From Nemertoderma westbladi (taxonomy: Eukaryota > Animalia > Xenacoelomorpha): a stretch of 64,000 nucleotides of DNA. Where the stretch lies: contig JAUCBJ010009123.1 in NCBI GenBank assembly GCA_032718475.1, positions 1-64,000 on the forward strand, in the 5' to 3' direction. The position numbers and the translations under genes were made by a program. Every line of letters begins with the position of its first letter. The first letter of the stretch is position 1. Shown one piece after another: positions 60,101 through 64,000 of the stretch. The notes beneath the pieces were generated by a model. It saw only the letters and a program-made list of their open reading frames with translations. It was not told the DNA's origin and did no database searches.

Positions 60101-63100
60101 AGCATAAAGTGTTATTAGGATGTTCTCTACAGTAGCATAAAGTGTTAGGATGTTCTCTACAGTAGCATAAAGTGTTAGGATGTTCTCTACAGTAGCATAA
60201 AGTTAGGATGTTCTCTACAGTAGCATAAAGTGTTAGGATGTTCTCTACAGTAGCATAAAGTGTTAGGATGTTCTCTACAGTAGCATAAAGTGTTAGTATG
60301 TTCTCTACAGTAAGATAAACTGTTAGGATGATCTCTACAGTAGCATAAAGTGTTAGGATGTTCTCTACAGTAGCATAAAGTGTTAGGATGTTCTCTACAG
60401 TAGCATAAAGTGTTAGGATGATCTCTACAGTAGCATAAAGTGTTAGGATGTTCTCTACAGTAGCATAAAGTGTTAGGATGTTCTCTACAGTAGCATAAAG
60501 TGTTAGGATGTTCTCTACAGTAGCATAAAGTGTTAGGATGTTCTCTACAGTAGCATAAAGTAGGATGATCTCTACAGTAGCATAAAGTGTTAGGATGTTC
60601 TCTACAGTAGCATAAAGTGTTAGGATGTTCTCTACAGTAGCATAAAGTGTTAGGATGTTCTCTACAGTAGCATAAAGTGTTAGGATGTTCTCTACAGTAG
60701 CATAAAGTGATAGGATGTTCTCTACAGTAGCATAAAGTGTTAGGATGTTCTCTACAGTAGCATAAAGTGTTAGGATGTTCTCTACAGTAGCATAAAGTGT
60801 TAGGATATTCTCTACAGTAGCATAAAGTGTTAGGATGTTCTCTACAGTAGCATAAAGTGTTAGGATGTTCTCTACAGTAGCATAAAGTGTTAGGATGTTC
60901 TCTACAGTAGCATAAAGTGTTAGGATGTTCTCTACAGTAGCATAAAGTGTTAGGATGTTCTCTACAGTAGCATAAAGTGTTAGTATGTTCTCTACAGTAA
61001 GCATAAAGTGTTAGGATGATCTCTACAGTAGCATAAAGTGTTAGGATGTTCTCTACAGTAGCATAAAGTAGGATGATCTCTACAGTAGCATAAAGTGTTA
61101 GGATGTTCTCTACAGTAGCATAAAGTGTTAGGATGTTCTCTACAGTAGCATAAAGTGTTAGGATGTTCTCTACAGTAGCATAAAGTGTTAGGATGTTCTC
61201 TACAGTAGCATAAAGTGTTAGGATGTTCTCTACAGTAGCATAAAGTGTTAGGATGTTCTCTACAGTAGCATAAAGTGTTAGGATGTTCTCTACAGTAGCA
61301 TAAAGTGTTAGGATGTTCTCTACAGTAGCATAAAGTGTTAGGATGTTCTCTACAGTAGCATAAAGTGTTAGGATGTTCTCTACAGTAGCATAAAGTGTTA
61401 GGATGTTCTCTACAGTAGCATAAAGTGTTAGGATGTTCTCTACAGTAGCATAAAGTGTTAGGATGTTCTCTACAGTAGCATAAAGTGTTAGGATGTTCTC
61501 TACAGTAGCATAAAGTGTTAGGATGTTCTCTACAGTAGCATAAAGTGTTAGGATGTTCTCTACAGTAGCATAAAGTGTAGGATGATCTCTACAGTAGCAT
61601 AAAGTGTTAGGATGTTCTCTACAGTAGCATAAAGTGTTAGGATGTTCTCTACAGTAGCATAAAGTGTTAGGATGTTCTCTACAGTAGCATAAAGTGTTAG
61701 GATGTTCTCTACAGTAGCATAAAGTGTTAGGATGTTCTCTACAGTAGCATAAAGTGTTAGGATGTTCTCTACAGTAGCATAAAGTGTTAGGATGTTCTCT
61801 ACAGTAGCATAAAGTGTTAGGATGTTCTCTACAGTAGCATAAAGTGTTAGGATGTTCTCTACAGTAGCATAAAGTGTTAGGATGTTCTCTACAGTAGCAT
61901 AAAGTGTTAGGATGTTCTCTACAGTAGCATAAAGTGTTAGGATGTTCTCTACAGTAGCATAAAGTATTAGGATGATCTCTACAGTAGCATAAAGTGTTAG
62001 GATGTTCTCTACAGTAGCATAAAGTGTTAGGATGTTCTCTACAGTAGCATAAAGTGTTAGGATGTTCTCTACAGTAGCATAAAGTGTTAGGATGTTCTCT
62101 ACAGTAGCATAAAGTGTTAGGATGTTCTCTACAGTAGCATAAAGTGTTAGGATGTTCTCTACAGTAGCATAAAGTGTTAGGATGTTCTCTACAGTAGCAT
62201 AAAGTATTAGGATGATCTCTACAGTAGCATAAAGTGTTAGGATGTTCTCTACAGTAGCATAAAGTGTTAGGATGTTCTCTACAGTAGCATAAAGTGTTAG
62301 GATGTTCTCTACAGTAGCATAAAGTGTTAGGATGTTCTCTACAGTAGCATAAAGTGTTAGGATGTTCTCTACAGTAGCATAAAGTGTTAGGATGTTCTCT
62401 ACAGTAGCATAAAGTGTTAGGATGTTCTCTACAGTAGCATAAAGTGTTAGGATGTTCTCTACAGTAGCATAAAGTGTTAGGATGTTCTCTACAGTAGCAT
62501 AAAGTGTTAGGATGTTCTCTACAGTAGCATAAAGTGTTAGGATGTTCTCTACAGTAGCATAAAGTGTTAGGATGTTCTCTACAGTAGCATACAGTAGCAT
62601 TTTGTTGATAAGCCGCATAGCATTCTTAAAGATGCAGCTGCAAGCAGCATGCCGTCCTAGGATGTTCTCTACAGTAGCATAAAGTGTTAGGATGTTCTCT
62701 ACAGTAGCATAAAGTGTTAGGATGTTCTCTACAGTAGCATAAAGTGTTAGGATGTTCTCTACAGTAGCATAAAGTGTTAGGATGTTCTCTACAGTAGCAT
62801 AAAGTGTTAGGATGTTCTCTACAGTAGCATAAAGTGTTAGGATGTTCTCTACAGTAGCATAAAGTGTTAGGATGTTCTCTACAGTAGCATAAAGTGTTAG
62901 GATGTTCTCTACAGTAGCATAAAGTGTTAGGATGTTCTCTACAGTAGCATAAAGTGTTAGGATGTTCTCTACAGTAGCATAAAGTGTTAGGATGTTCTCT
63001 ACAGTAGCATAAAGTGTTAGGATGTTCTCTACAGTAGCATAAAGTGTTAGGATGTTCTCTACAGTAGCATAAAGTGTTAGGATGTTCTCTACAGTAGCAT

Positions 63101-64000
63101 AAAGTGTTAGGATGTTCTCTACAGTAGCATAAAGTGTTAGGATGTTCTCTACAGTAGCATAAAGTGTTAGGATGTTCTCTACAGTAGCATAAAGTGTTAG
63201 GATGTTCTCTACAGTAGCATAAAGTGTTAGGATGTTCTCTACAGTAGCATAAAGTGTTAGGATGTTCTCTACAGTAGCATAAAGTGTTAGGATGTTCTCT
63301 ACAGTAGCATAAAGTGTTAGGATGTTCTCTACAGTAGCATAAAGTGTTAGGATGATCTCTACAGTAGCATAAAGTGTTAGGATGTTCTCTACAGTAGCAT
63401 AAAGTGTTAGGATGTTCTCTACAGTAGCATAAAGTGTTAGGATGTTCTCTACAGTAGCATAAAGTGTTAGGATGATCTCTACAGTAGCATAAAGTGTTAG
63501 GATGTTCTCTACAGTAGCATAAAGTGTTAGGATGTTCTCTACAGTAGCATAAAGTGTTAGGATGTTCTCTACAGTAGCATAAAGTGTTAGGATGATCTCT
63601 ACAGTAGCATAAAGTGTTATTAGGATGTTCTCTACAGTAGCATAAAGTGTTAGGATGTTCTCTACAGTAGCATAAAGTGTTAGGATGTTCTCTACAGTAG
63701 CATAAAGTGTTATTAGGATGTTCTCTACAGTAGCATAAAGTGTTAGGATGTTCTCTACAGTAGCATAAAGTGTTAGGATGTTCTCTACAGTAGCATAAAG
63801 TGTTAGGATGTTCTCTACAGTAGCATAAAGTGTTAGGATGTTCTCTACAGTAGCATAAAGTGTTAGGATGTTCTCTACAGTAGCATAAAGTGTTAGGATG
63901 ATCTCTACAGTAGCATAAAGTGTTAGGATGTTCTCTACAGTAGCATAAAGTGTTAGGATGTTCTCTACAGTAGCATAAAGTGTTAGGATGTTCTCTACAG
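45195..64000. repeat. 30-bp satellite, >18 kb and running off the window end, with interruptions at ~47080-47533 and ~62590-62658
   Basis: Unit CTACAGTAGCATAAAGTGTTAGGATGTTCT, with 27- and 33-bp length variants. Confidence 0.98.
55514..55613. other. Assembly gap (100 N) inside the satellite
   Basis: Run of N. Confidence 0.99.

Noticed and set aside
45071-62618. Long minus-strand ORFs of (LCYCREHPNT)n and (LYATVENILT)n
   Set aside because: They arise from a 30-bp unit that lacks stops in two frames. The frames swap at 1-bp indels and there is no unique domain or credible start.

Overview
Eukaryotic, most likely invertebrate animal, genomic DNA rather than prokaryotic. It holds five recognisable conserved genes: MAP3K4/MEKK4 (-), TAF1A (+), MINDY4/FAM188B (-), DCAF17 (+) and DCXR (+). 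Four have no intron in the coding region. DCAF17 has one inferred ~19-kb phase-0 intron (18169-37227) joining the 419-aa ORF to the small ORF at 37243. That intron holds nested repeats. A palindrome-headed dispersed element contains an internal 29-bp motif expanded into ~7 kb of satellite, and an unexpanded sister copy lies immediately downstream. An intact Ty3/Gypsy LTR retrotransposon is inserted in the satellite; it has apparently identical 594-bp LTRs, unusual CG...CG termini, a 3-bp target-site duplication and a tRNA-Leu PBS. The rest of the window contains a 52-bp hairpin-unit satellite, a >18-kb 30-bp satellite (with a 100-N gap and higher-order duplications), large foldback-type inverted repeats, MITEs, tiny hAT-like elements, tRNA-derived SINEs and many short insertions resembling transposon excision footprints. 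Gene and family names come from my recollection of the families and need database confirmation.
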